Assembly: GCA_963575745.1 (NCBI GenBank)
Contig: CAUYUJ010000070.1
Coordinates: forward strand, 310,001-374,000
Direction: 5' to 3'
DNA from: Prorocentrum cordatum
Taxonomy: Eukaryota
Length of the DNA: 64,000 bases
Shown here: piece by piece, positions 48,401-58,827 of the stretch
How positions within the stretch are numbered: the stretch's first letter is position 1
Layout: each line of letters starts with the position of its first letter
The notes under the pieces: model-generated
Databases searched by the model: none
The model's input: the letters and a program-made list of their open reading frames with translations, nothing else
Told to the model about the DNA's origin: nothing
Made by a program: the position numbers and the translations under genes

Positions 48401-51189
48401 CCCACAACGTTGCCCCAGCTGAGGCTGGCGTTGACACTGTGGAAGGTGAAGCGCCTGTGGCTCCGCTGTCGACGCTTGCCTCTACGAGCTCCTGCTCCTG
48501 GGGGTCGATACTGGGCGACGTCGCACTGGGGCTTCGCCGAAGCCCCGCTGCAGGTGGACTGGCCGCCGACGCTGCCGACGCTGAGGTCCTTGCCCTCGGT
48601 AGGGTGAGCCACAGCCTCCTGCGCCGTGCCGACGATGCATGTCTGCCCAGGGCCGCGATGGCCTTCCCCAGATGAGACAGCTGAGCCAGCGGAAACAAAA
48701 CCAGACGCAAGCAACGCTTGACTGCCTCCGTGAGCAGAGCCTCCACAACCTGCTGTAACCACTGGGTCCGAGAAACCACCAACTGACGTACTTTGCGCCT
48801 GAGGGCCTCCAGTGGCCAGGAGAGGCTCGCCTGTGAGAACAGCAACGCCCGAACACCCACCGACTGTCGTAAACTGCTTCTGAGTGCCCCCAACGGCGAC
48901 AGAAAAACCCTCAACAGGTGAGGCATATGAGCCAGAGGGGCCGCGGCTTGACGTAAATTGCACCTGAGTGCCCCCAGGGGCCAAGAAACCACCATCCGCG
49001 GGTACTGTGGAGCACGAAAGACCGCTGGCTGAACAAAGCTGCGCTTGGGTGCCACCATCAGCGGCCGAGAGTCCATCGCCCGTGGAAACAGCTGAATCGT
49101 AGCAAACACCGACTGACGTAAGCTGGTCTGGGCTGCCTCGGACGGCAGAGAGGGCAGCAGCTGAAATGCTTGGGGCGGCTCCTCGGTGCTCGTCCGTGCG
49201 GTTGCTCGCGGCTGGGGTGGGAGTGAGCTCGGTGCAGTCTCCTGGCGAGGCAGCGCAGAGCCCCGGCTCCTCCGAAGTCCCAGTCGAGGTGGATGGGCCG
49301 AGCTCGGCCTCCAGCACCTCCGCGGCGCACAATCTCCAACAGTGGATGCGGTCGTCGAAGTAGACGGTGGGGGCCTGTGTTGTCTGCGTGGCCTGGGACT
49401 GACGGTCGAACCACCGCTCCGCGGCTGACTGGTTGCGGTCCTGCTGAGCCGCCTCACGCTCAAAAGCTTCCTGATTGGTAAACTGCAGCTGCTCTAACCA
49501 TTGCCGCTGGAGGCGCCTGGCCTCCCCTCCACGGTTCCAGGCTTCGTCACCCAACTCCCGTGCAGTCCTCATGCGCTCGGCAATTCGGGATCCGCTGCCC
49601 GTGGTGGCTGCCAGGTCGTCCAGCATGGCTGTGTACTCCCCAGAGCTCAGCTGGTGGAAGATGTACGGTACGCAGTAGGAGTCCCAGTGCCTGCGGTCCT
49701 GAGCCTCGGTCCCCCCTGACGGGGGTCGCCAGCGCCGAGCCATGCGGCGCATACGCGTGGCCAGGATGGCCAGCTGCCGTCTGCCCAGGCGGACGAGTCT
49801 GGGCTCTCGTGGCTTGGCCACTGGCGATGCATCAGGTCCCCAGGGCTGGGCCTTACGCATCTGCGCCCCCAGCTGGGACGGCGGCTGCTGCTTCCAAGTC
49901 CCGCCTGAGCTGAGCCAACTTGGCTGCGCCATCGGGGCCGCGGAGGCTGGGTGGCTCTGGAAGGTGAGCAACAGGAGGCCCAGCAGGGGCCCCAGGCGAC
50001 ACAGGGGCAGGGGCCTGGGCTGGGGCCGCGGCGGCCGCTGGGGCCTCCGCGGGGCCTGCTGCCGCATGGCCTGCGGCTGGCTCCTGGTCTGTCGTCTGGT
50101 CTGCTGCTCCTGCCGCCTCGGTGCGTGGCCGCTTGCGCCTGGCCAGCAGCTGCTGGTGCTTGGCGTCGATCTCGCTGCGCCTCTGCTCCAGCTGCGTCTT
50201 GGCCTCCCCGAAGGTGGTGCGCACGTGCTGCTTGACCTGCTCGACGAAGCCCTCCAGGGACTTGTTGAACTCCTCCCGCTCCGCGTCGGTGATGTCCAGG
50301 TCGGGGTCGTCCAGCCTGAAGGCGTCGCCTGCCTCGACCTGGAAGTCATCCGCCAACAGCGCCGTGACGTTGAGGCCCACGGCAGGCTGAGCCTTGGCGC
50401 CTGACTCCTGCGCCACCTGCGCCTGCACCTGGACGCCCTTGGGCGCGGCTGCCTTGTAGGCCTGCTCCACCTCAACGTCGCACGCCAGGACGAGCTCCCC
50501 AGCACGCACCTCCTCCTCGCGGCAGGCCTGGAGCCACTGCTCAGCGTCGCGAACCTGCTGGGACTTGGAGAGGAAGGCGGCTTGGGCCCGCCTCTGCTTG
50601 GCCTGGGCGCGGTTGAGAGCCACATCTGGCAACACCGTGGCCGCAACGGGCGGTGGTGCGACAGCCTTCTTGATGGCCTCGAGCTGCAGGCAGTGCTCGG
50701 GATGCCTGGCCGCCAACGCCGCGAGGCACTCTGCGTCCGACGGCGGGGCAGGCTGCGGCAGTGGTGCCTCGTGCCCGATCCAGTCGTCCGAGTGCACCCA
50801 CGGCTCGCGCACGAAAGACCACGCCGATGCCCGTAGCTGCGGAGGCTTGTCCACTGTTGCAGGCTTGAGCGGCTTCTTGCAATTGTAGCAGTCCATCCTG
50901 GCCTTGAAGTTCCACTTGTACGAGCAGTTCGCACAGCGGACGTAGTCCAGGGGGTTGCCTCCGCTCGCGTTGGTCTTGCCTGCCTTGCCCACTCCTTTGC
51001 TCTTGCCTTTGCCGCCGCCACCCTTGGCCCGCGGCTCGGACCTGGCCCTCTGCGAGGAACTGGACATGGCGAGTGGGCAGCGCACAGCCTACCCTCTGCC
51101 GAAACACGAATCAAAACTGTCGGGCCGAGAGGCCCTGGCACTGGCCGCGGACTAGCGGTATCCACTCGTTCCCCTGTGGAACAGATCAT
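42409..51189 (-). CDS. Retrotransposon ORF2/pol polyprotein: APE endonuclease, reverse transcriptase, CCHC knuckle, RNase H, C-terminal Cys/His motifs. The true start may be the ATG at 49860.
   Basis: APE motifs FHSVNAS, GFQEH, IADWEN, RVIDYF, HPH (~47745-48450). RT motifs GVDGW, RPIILL, ADLAKCYEKV, LPAGS, YVDD (46171-46182), WLGIDY. CQLC..GTHQHYYWRC (~45045-45102). RNase H motifs VSDGS, AELWG, IIDN, KVTSH, NDLADEWAKQGA (~44360-44810). Confidence 0.93.
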   Translation of the reverse strand: MICSTGERVDTASPRPVPGPLGPTVLIRVSAEGRLCAAHSPCPVPRRGPGPSRGPRVAAAKARAKEWARQARPTRAEATPWTTSAVRTARTSGTSRPGWTATIARSRSSLQQWTSLRSYGHRRGLSCASRGCTRTTGSGTRHHCRSLPRRRTQSASRRWRPGIPSTACSSRPSRRLSHHRPLRPRCCQMWLSTAPRPSRGGPKPPSSPSPSRFATLSSGSRPAARRRCVLGSSSWRATLRWSRPTRQPRPRASRCRRRWRRSQAPRLSLPWASTSRRCWRMTSRSRQATPSGWTTPTWTSPTRSGRSSTSPWRASSSRSSSTCAPPSGRPRRSWSRGAARSTPSTSSCWPGASGHAPRRQEQQTRRQTRSQPQAMRQQAPRRPQRPPRPQPRPLPLCRLGPLLGLLLLTFQSHPASAAPMAQPSWLSSGGTWKQQPPSQLGAQMRKAQPWGPDASPVAKPREPRLVRLGRRQLAILATRMRRMARRWRPPSGGTEAQDRRHWDSYCVPYIFHQLSSGEYTAMLDDLAATTGSGSRIAERMRTARELGDEAWNRGGEARRLQRQWLEQLQFTNQEAFEREAAQQDRNQSAAERWFDRQSQATQTTQAPTVYFDDRIHCWRLCAAEVLEAELGPSTSTGTSEEPGLCAASPGDCTELTPTPAASNRTDEHRGAAPSISAAALSAVRGSPDQLTSVGVCYDSAVSTGDGLSAADGGTQAQLCSASGLSCSTVPADGGFLAPGGTQVQFTSSRGPSGSYASPVEGFSVAVGGTQKQFTTVGGCSGVAVLTGEPLLATGGPQAQSTSVGGFSDPVVTAGCGGSAHGGSQALLASGFVSAGSAVSSGEGHRGPGQTCIVGTAQEAVAHPTEGKDLSVGSVGGQSTCSGASAKPQCDVAQYRPPGAGARRGKRRQRSHRRFTFHSVNASLSWGNVVGYLHGAAHQQLTEGKIPIIGFQEHGKRRLWAEESARALLPLGWRALPAPATDGPNGGASAGVMLAIPACVGVTLAAGQRHWDISPPGCAGRLLMATLEAKGIGKLLVFCAYCFTGQKLASVGNSALLSVITGWAVQLQLPWLVIADWENLPDALERSPWNNQLRGRVVAWQGEGGTNRSPHGERVIDYFWMHSSLAANISPARIDDDAVYHPHRATWVEFLQPWSAFTYTKLIRPHKFPIPGVKPKHFDLSCPDVPAGFDPDAVPTQELLDGTWEVFCHAAEEELIQKVGLDPSSRQADQCRGRGGPPRFKKCPLLPTHTEAIASYGEAKRWRWFANELAWLGIIEVKVFSYTGASDLVLTTLHQQRHASIRKLRDRFRRHMLVEGVAELQEFFEVFTSRDRGYEDLQELAEWRLSCSQYASYLEWQIGKERRDSFKQRLEDDFPGSQGLLHRVTKWRQAWQAPKGSISKKLLPAEPQAAVDQELHDWSKVWVTGSGFPKPWRGLQQVAVTPPSPHHLRGLAQRFKAKTGIGVDGWQPKLWAYLTDGTLSVLASLLAWCQQLGRWPTQIHLLLAFIIGKLDGGGRPIILLPGPCRIWEAWQMPTIRSWLAAHPRSYDYTAAGQSSERALWKALLDDELVLGTGIRAATMLADLAKCYEKVSHERMWWLAAWWGGPLEVVALALESFAFGRVIRLGEACSAEVLSSTALPAGSRFAPTFLRFYLMLCLDDLLGVFRLTIYLYVDDIALRVMSTEARVLHILPQATRLLFWMLESFLGLEVARARDGAKGKCSFLQTATPSSGLTQAMAVLGVPPSTSERWLGIDYGPSVNAENQSAPVRHARLKVAKQRWPKIRGLPRARGGKLQMVVRQGLGASVAYGARVRGTPRPIVRFIQQKDRAVRRGATASTSRVLHDGLDPSCADTLVLAPLLAWAREAWDRPEGRRAQATAWARVQQQLAMYSDADAQELRSVVRGPAGATSVTVRAHGWCMPSAFEVVLPPRGGVLQGGDVHLDLLQICPKSVEAAVLLAARSRALCQWAAAQPERAALLPAPWLTPARQLVKRRKQDGWLQHHADAVKKAVLGGFPSQEALFLSGQAGTPYCQLCDDTTCFGTHQHYYWRCGSPTCATVREQLTAHDASPTFRDVVHLGVSASSSEASRWLWERGLRRTPCYGLAWSLPSQCTYWIVNGAAPELTGVLVSDGSVKGLDDLRHGGWAALQCTAEADDVVQGLYGPLPFPDPSSALAELWGLLHALRHALFITAIIIDNAQVVRGLARGRAWCCSSARPYAHVWLEIWDRLDDMDILPGRELSVIKVTSHISQAKRLELPEEVQIHMKHNDLADEWAKQGADLSAPPEWATLQVKQELKATKRVLEYIGHFRVLLDGVKLAEPRPKRQQGQEANIPQAARPQAGPRHPHVLEVCRGYSKCTSCGKIARTRLAAFQLQECRGRLQGLQGKLVKSAVKRGRVAVPLLVAAGAAARPVRQRADHGDQDEPRVEPDPAPASQLGPDPLWAHVAAAREALGRMERIPDGPACMGTPSSQPHITLEQQQVRSIMDDAIIWASFWIDRFDVAGFTNEWDYRTWCSEYLERFLSLATWTPVREHLLRSNPGRTLGQVVDDLCATSWTRAEPARQAQFARVRPDSGLTAKQRRRLLRHHFDVLNQVRERFKELLGDRAPPETASWHQWVFEPLSSEDDQGGDAAGRAAEGAMGYDDADEFAALSVHSDLEVVEAGGTAATGTQASERVSSPNPDLAPRALQPQEEGAPAGGVRREGVLRIRSAAATSSQEVVGGGVAGAGAAVPTVSTAVQPDGEPGADLGELASSLAVDGKAATQAAAAACSAPLAAHQARAGQGSLKHGGKAPRTGSPASSAAAAGLGQGGLAPLAGPPPPSAAAAAASEPEQGARGRAASAQPARSGQALPGTARAASSEPRPHTVEIIGHFVVCVVCGSYYSSVARNLGGPCRRLDPRDPGDRERLRRIRRIQRGQDPKTGRDLR
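49853..51067 (-). CDS. Retrotransposon ORF1 (nucleic-acid-binding, gag-like) with RanBP2-like C4 zinc finger and predicted coiled coil
   Basis: ATG at 51067 (MSSSSQRAR). G/K-rich N-terminus, VRCANCSYKWNFKARMDCYNCKKP finger, A/E/Q-rich helical region. Lies directly upstream of the pol domains. Confidence 0.85.
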   Translation of the reverse strand: MSSSSQRARSEPRAKGGGGKGKSKGVGKAGKTNASGGNPLDYVRCANCSYKWNFKARMDCYNCKKPLKPATVDKPPQLRASAWSFVREPWVHSDDWIGHEAPLPQPAPPSDAECLAALAARHPEHCLQLEAIKKAVAPPPVAATVLPDVALNRAQAKQRRAQAAFLSKSQQVRDAEQWLQACREEEVRAGELVLACDVEVEQAYKAAAPKGVQVQAQVAQESGAKAQPAVGLNVTALLADDFQVEAGDAFRLDDPDLDITDAEREEFNKSLEGFVEQVKQHVRTTFGEAKTQLEQRRSEIDAKHQQLLARRKRPRTEAAGAADQTTDQEPAAGHAAAGPAEAPAAAAAPAQAPAPVSPGAPAGPPVAHLPEPPSLRGPDGAAKLAQLRRDLEAAAAVPAGGADA

Positions 51190-51592
<403 letters not shown>

Positions 51593-52929
51593 CGGGGATT
51601 CGTTTTTCTACTGTGGTTGGGGCTGGGGGGTGGGGCAGGCGCACAGCGACGACGACGGCGAACGACGACGAGGGCGACGAGAAAAAGGGGGACGAAGAAG
51701 AGGACGACGACGAGGGGGCGGAGGGCCAGCACCCCCATCCGCCCGATCGGCTCAAGCTAAGAGCAAGGACAGAAGAGAGAAACGCATCAGAGTCACATTG
51801 GAGCCATATTGGGGCAAGCTTGGAGTCAACTAAGGTTCACGGGGTCATTTGGCGGCAATCTTGAAGTCGCCTCGGATTCATGGGCTTCAAAGTCAATTCG
51901 TGGCCGTGCGGTAGCCTTATTTTAAGTCGGGGGACCATAGGTTTGTTTCGATGCTCTCTTGGGGCTGCGGGGTCGCTTTGGAGCCGCTCGGGGTCATACT
52001 GGGGCCATTTCTTAGCAGGGGGCGGGGACACTTTGGAACCACAGGGGTAATAGTGCGACAATAGTGCGATCCTTTTTGAACCCTTTTCGGTCCATCTCGG
52101 AATTATTTTACGGTGTTGCCTCTCTCGTTATTTGTAGATGAGGGTATCGATTTATTTGTTGTCGTTTTTGGCGATGTTCGTTCGGCCTCCCGCGAGCAGT
52201 ACGACGTGATGGCGGGGTGTTAACAATCAGCATCTGTTAGTTGACCTTGCACGTCAATGTTCACATGTGCAGTTACGAAAACGCGCAAGAAGACTGTAAG
52301 ACCACATGTTGTCACGCGTCCAGTGTGGCCTTGCGAAGGCAGGGCGCGTATGTCACGGACTACTCCCCGGAGGCGGCCTCAGAGTGTAACGGAACATTTT
52401 TGGAGGTGGCGCTCGTGAGCCACGGAATACCCAGTGGAGGCGGCGTCATGTTATAGTGGCGTTGTCGGTGATGTCGTTGGCTGTTACTTGTGACTTGATG
52501 TCGCTATAGTAGTCATGGTGTTGATTTCTCATCCCTAAAGAATAATGGTTGATGCCCCTCCCTGCCCGTTAACCATTGCATTGTTCAATGAGAGTGTTTC
52601 TCCTGGGGTTCGCCCACTGGTTGTTACAGGAGTCTGGAATCACGCGCTCGCTGCGGGTTTCCTCACGCGCGGTCGCTGGAGACTTCCCCGCGATTCATGC
52701 AGGACGCACGCTTCAGCATCCCGCCTGCTCGACCAGGCCGCCTGGGCCCGCCTTCCTGACCCGCCCGTTCGGGTTTACTCGCCCGATCTGCCCGTCTGGT
52801 TCTGCCACGTGTTTTCTGCTCCTCGCCCCCCTCCTGCTAGTTTCTCTCGTGCTCCATCCTCCTCCGTCCCCCTCGTCCCGTCCTTCCATTCGTCCTCCCT
52901 TCCCCTGCCGTAGGGGCTACACGAAATGC

Positions 52930-52957
52930 GCATATATATATATATATATATGCACAC

Positions 52958-53007
<50 letters not shown>

Positions 53008-53520
53008 CCAAAGGTGTACGTGTTGAATGGCACGCGGGTAGGTAGGGGGCGAAGAGTCTTTAAATGATTGTTGTTGTTGTTGGTGGTATTGTCGTTGGTG
53101 CTGATGGTGTTGCTGTTGTTGTTGTTGTTGTTGTTGTTGTTGCTGCTGGTGTGTGTTGTTGTGGTTCGCTGGTGTTGCTGGTTTTTGCGTTGTTGTTACT
53201 GTTGTTGGTGTCGTTGACGGTTTCGTCGTGGTTGTTGTGGTTGGTGTTGTTGTTGGTGTCATTGTTGATGTTGTTGCTGCTGTCGTTCATAGTGTTGTTG
53301 CCGTGTGCGTTGTCGTTGTTATGGTTGCTGTTTTTGTGGTAAGTGATCATGTTGTTGCTAATAATGATGTTGATGCCGTCTTTGTTGCTGCTGCTATTGG
53401 TGTTAGTGGTGCTGCTGCTGTTGTTGTTGCTGCTTTTGGTGGTGTTGGCGTTGGTGTTGTTATTGCTGTTGCTGTTGTTGATGCTGTCGTGCGGGCCATC
53501 GGGTTTGCTATTATTGTTGG
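52930..53520. repeat. (TA)n followed by degenerate (GTT)n
   Basis: Directly visible. Confidence 0.9.
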
Positions 53521-55471
53521 TCGCATTCGGTGTGGTCAGACCACAGCACACCCGAGAAGTCAACAACCAAGCGTACCCTCGAGGAGTGTGTTACATTGTA
53601 TACATACAAATGTAACTAAATAAGTATATGTGTCTGGGCCCCCGGGCCGCGTCACGCATCTGTGCGACCGCGTATCTGTTGGATCAGGCCTCGGAATCCA
53701 GACCGCGAGGGCGCGGATACGGATGTGTTCGCCGCTCGTGATGCCCGTCGCTGCCCCCCACCGCCTCGGCGCTCGTGCGGCGCGGCGGCGGGGAGGAGGC
53801 GTTCGAGTTCGCCGCCGCCCTTGTGCTGCTGCTCCAGGGCGTCGAAGATACCGCGAGCGTGCTCGACATTGCAGAGGACGGGGCGGGGCTTTCCAACCGC
53901 CGCCGCCGCTCTCTACGATCGGCATGGGGACGGAAAGAATGGGTACAAAAACCGACGTCCCATTTTGAAAGGGAACCGCTGTCGGTGTACCCGCTTGCCC
54001 AAGAGCGGCCGCTGTCGGCGTCGGGCAGCACGTGCCGTTCGGCATCGTAGCCTTTTTGTTCCTGTGCCCGCTCCCGGGGTCCCAAGTCGGGGCCGCCGAG
54101 GTCGTCGAGGGGGCGGAGGGGCAGAGTGGAAGTGCTGTCCAGGCGCTCCCTACCTCCCCCCCTCCACAATACCCGCGCTGCTCCTCCTCGTCCTCCTCCT
54201 CCTCCTCCTCCTCCTCCTCCGCCTCCTCCTCCTCCTCCTCCTCCTCCTGTCCACCTCGGTCTCTTCCACCGCTATCACTTCTTTTTTTTTCACCTTTTCT
54301 TTAATGAGCCCCCCTCCCACGCAGGTCCTTGCCGGGTGGGAGGGGCAGGAAGGGTGTGCATGGTTGCAGGAGCTTCCTTCGACCGCCATGAGTGAATGAG
54401 TGAGAGAGTGCAGGATGGAAGGGGGGTCATGAGGAGGAGATGGTGGAGGCGGGGCTGATCATCTCACGCCTGTGCTCTCTGCCTTACTTCTTCTCCTCCT
54501 GATATGTACACTTGCGCGTCCCTCGTGCTGTGCTTGGCTGACTCGCCCAAGTCGGTATGTCTGCATGTAGCCGCCGCGATCTAGTGGTCGGAGCCCGTGC
54601 GACGTGACAGAGGGGGGTGCGGATGCGGCACGAGATCAGGCGTCATGTGTCGAGGACTGGACAAGAACATGAACTTACACTCTCGGGGCTCTTGCCAGAT
54701 GTCTTGGATCGGTGCTGGGCACCCCTGGCGGCACCTCTGGCGCCGCCCTTGGCGCGCGCCAGGGGCGGTGGCGGCCAGCGCCGATCCAAGAGATCCGCGC
54801 GGAGCTCCGAGAGTTTACGCTTATGCCGTGCGCTTTTTCCTTTCTGCTGCATCGTCGGGGGACCTCGCCTGTCCCAAACATTGGTGTCTTTTGGGGGGCC
54901 CGACGCGTGCTCGATGCGGACTCGACGCGGATTTGGCGTTGATTCGACGAGGATTCGACACGGACTCGACACGGATCCGACGCGTCCGACATGGACTCGA
55001 CACGGATTCGACGCGGACTGGGCCGCGACGGGACAGACAAGGTCCCCCGAGGATGCAACATCATTTCCCCCACGCTTCGGCCGCGACCCCGCGGCCGCGG
55101 GGCGTGCTCCCGCGGAGGCTCCGCGCAGAACGTGCCAGCGAGACCGAGCCTGCACGGGGTCGCGCTCCAGAATCCAGACCGCGAGGGCGGTGATGCGGAT
55201 GCGTTCGCCGCCCGTGCGGACGAAGAGGAGGACGAAGAGGAGGAAGAAGAGGAGAACGAAGAGGGAGCCCCCCTCTTCGCCTCTTCGTTCTCCTCTTCGT
55301 CCTCCTCGTGGGGGGCGCGCGCAGCCAGCATGGCCGTGCGGCGGAGGGCTCGCGCGCGGCCAGGGCCGGCGCATACCAGCGCCGCGCGCGTTTCCGGGAG
55401 GTGGGGCGTGGCCGCGGCGCAAGCAGGGGCGGCGTGGCGAGCGACGCCGTCGCGGAGGTGAGGAGTTCTGG

Positions 55472-55614
55472 CAGACCAGCCACATTTGGGGGAGCTGTGG
55501 TCCTTACCCCCCTGGGGGACCCATTGATTTCGACACCCCTCTCGAGAGATCGCCGAGGCGATGGGTTCCCCCAGGGGGGTAAGGACCACAGCTCCCCCAG
55601 TTATTGCTGGTCGG
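55472..55614. mobile_element. 143-bp hairpin MITE with 6-bp TSD
   Basis: tgggggagctgtggtccttacccccc / ggggggtaaggaccacagctccccca inverted arms. ttctgg at 55466-55471 and 55615-55620. Confidence 0.75.
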
Positions 55615-57639
55615 TTCTGGGCGCCCGAGGGGAGTTCGGTAGCAAGTTATGGGAGCCTGGCGTACCCCTTGAATTCCGCCTTTAGCTTATGATGTTCCAG
55701 CCTGTTGGGCTGGCCTCCGGCCAGTGCCGCCGATCCGGGGGGGGGTGAGAGCGAGGGGAAGAAGGGGCCTGGGGTACCGACAAAAACGTCGGAAATGACG
55801 TCGGAAATATCTCCGGGTACCGAAACACGTCGGAAATGACGTCGGAAATAACGTACGCCCCCCCCCCTGCAGAGCGAAGCTTGAGCGAGCTCAAGTCCAC
55901 GCTCTCAGAAACTCACACGCCGGATCGGCGGACTTTAGCCTTGATCACCATAAAGAATTTCAAGCATCCAGAAAATACCGCAGCTTGAGTATTTTCACGT
56001 GTTGGGTCCTGGGTGGCGACATTCGTTCGACGCTGTTTCGACAATTTTCCGGGTGTTCGAAATTATCTTGGGGATTTTGTCCTTAAGTGCGATGGGAGCA
56101 ACATAACCTTTAGCGTCGATCGGCAACGATTATAGCGCCTGGGAGTCGACGAGACAGGGCCGATTTGGCGTCGGCTAGCGTCGATTAGCGTCGACTTAGC
56201 GTCGATTAGCGTTGGCTAGCGTCGATTCGCGAGAGCCGACAAGATGGCAGGGGAGGCTCCCATGAGTTGCCACCGAAGGGGAGTGGGAGTGGCCCTCGCC
56301 GCACGGGACCCGGTGCCCACTGGTCGACGGGGCCTCCACATCGCGAAGTCCTGGTCGAAGAGGTCGTCTTCTTCGTCGGTGTCTGGCCGTTCGTGTGTGC
56401 AAAGTCAGAGCCTTGATTTAGTCATCAACCTCGCCCGCTTCCTGGTGTGATCAGCCAGAGAACTCCCTTTCTCTCCGCTTCTGCTCCTCGGTGCGCCGCT
56501 CGCGCTCCGCTCCGGCTCTTGCTCCTTCGCCACCCTTCTCTATCCTTAGCCGCTCCCTGCTCCATTTGCCCGTCATTCGCTTGGCCCCGGAGGTGGCCCC
56601 CGAGGCTTTGGCATCGGACCTCCCCTCCTCTCATCTTCGCCCCCCCTCCCCCCCCCTGCGCGACTGTCCAGACCGTTGCGCCCCCCGCGAAAAATTCGCG
56701 AGAGTCCGGGCCCCTCGCGAAAAATTCGCGAGAGTCCCGCGAAAGATTCGCGTGAATCCTTCGCGCCGTGCGTTGTCCTCTGAGGCGCCCCTCGCGGTAC
56801 CTCGCCACCGTGAAACCCCCCTGGGCGATTCGCGACGGCTGTTCCCGCGCGCGACCACCCTGGGCGACTCGTGCAGGAACTGAGCGGTGGAGACCCCCCC
56901 GGGCGACTCCACCGCTCGGACCGACCCACCCACGGGCGAGTCGGCCCGTCCTGGAGCCCCCCCGGGCGATCCAGGACCCCCCGCACCCTCCCAGGCGAGC
57001 GGGGGCGCCTACGGGGAAAAAAACCCGCCTAAGCTCCCCCTTTTGAGAAAACTTCGGCGGGGGCGATCCGCGCCGGGGTGGCAGTCGAACCCCCGCGGGC
57101 GATCGACCGCGGCAGATCCCTCCCACATTAAAAATACAAAAAGGTATCCAAAAACACAAAACAACACAGTGCAACACACAAAACACACACACACACACAC
57201 ACACAACAAACACAAACAAGCACCGGACGGGACATAAAAACCCCAGGAAAACTCAAAAACCATACACACGCACACAATAATTATTAAATTATGGCTCTGA
57301 CTTTGCACACCTAATGCCGCTGGCGTCGTCGGGGGAATAGGAGGCGCAGGATTGAGGGGGGGCGCGAGGAGGAGGGAAAGGACCACAGTAATCCTAAGAT
57401 GCGTCGGCGACGCTGCAGTACCCAGCCACGCGTAGAAAAGGGGTAGGGAAGGGGGGAACGCTTCTTAGAAGCACCCATGCTTCTCAAAAGGCGCGGGCCT
57501 TCTCTGTAGACGTAAGGCCGGCGCCTTCTAAGGAGCAGCAGTGCCAGCCGCCAAAATTCACCCTTCCGTCCCAAGTCCCCTCGTTCAAATTAGTCCCCGA
57601 AGGAGGCGCCCCCCACAGAAGACAAGCGCCCCATGAGGC

Positions 57640-58420
57640 TTCAATTCGGGAAGAAAACGATGACCACGAAAGCGACGACGACGACGGCGACGAAATAGGA
57701 GGGACGACGACGAGACGCCGACGACGGACGACGACGACGAGGGAGTAGGAAGGACGACCACGACGACAACGACGATGGAAACGACGACGACGGAAACGAC
57801 GACGACGACGACGAGGAAATACAGAGGACGACGACGGCGACGACGACGACGAGGGAGCAGGGACGGCGACGACGACCACGACGACGACGCAAGATCGCGC
57901 GCGCGCACGTTTTTGTTGAAAATCCGTGTTGCGAAACCCTGTGTTTTTGTATGTTTCTTGGACTCTCGATTTTGAAATCCTTCCAGCACCGAAGGTTTTT
58001 GAAGTATTTCGGCATGCGCGCGCGACGACGCGCGCGCGGACACTTCGTCCCATCTTTTGCAGAGGACGCTCGCGACGGCACGCGCGCAAGGGCGTTCGAA
58101 AGATTTCGACATGCGCGCGCGAAGCCCGTTTGGTAGTATTTTTTTGGAAATGTTGAACAACCGATGTTTTTTCTCAAGATTTCGCAAGAGCGCGCGCGTA
58201 TGTCTTTTTAGAACATCAGTTTTGCGAAACCCTGTGTTCTTGCATATTTTTGGAAACTCGACAGCGAAATCCTTCCGAAACCAAAGGTTTTTGAAGGATT
58301 GCGGCATGCACGCGAGACGACGCGCGCGTGTGCACTTTGTCCCATTTGTTGCAAGGGATGTTTGAAAGCTTCTGATTCTTGATAATGGGGTGCGCGCGCA
58401 TAGTATGTTTTGCAGAGGAT
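57640..58420 (-). repeat. Second, inverted copy of the 33000-34230 dispersed repeat
   Basis: (GAC)n tract plus cggcatgcgcgcgcgacgacgcgcgcg units. Confidence 0.8.
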
Positions 58421-58827
58421 GGCTGGGGGCGGGGGGCGCCGATACCGGTTTGGCTGGGATGTTTTTCACAGGCAGGATGGACATTGGGTGAGAATCTGAT
58501 GTGGTTTACATCGGTACCCGGGGGGTCTTTAACCCAAGGGGGGGAGGGTGGTAGAACTTATGTTCTTTCCAGAAAGGAGATTTGATGTGGCAGTATATGT
58601 TGTGCAATATGTGACGTGCAGCCTGTGTATGTATGCATCATATATAGTTATACAATTACATATGTGTATATATATATACAGATAACTTTACGTTGTGCAG
58701 TCCATGTGGCCTAAACAATCCAGCTGCCTGCAGCAAGTCCCGTCGTCGCGCCAGCCCAGCATTCTGGGCGGCGACTGTTCGCGGGGGCGCGGGAGGCGGG
58801 CATGTGCGACAGGCTTGGGAGCAGCCG

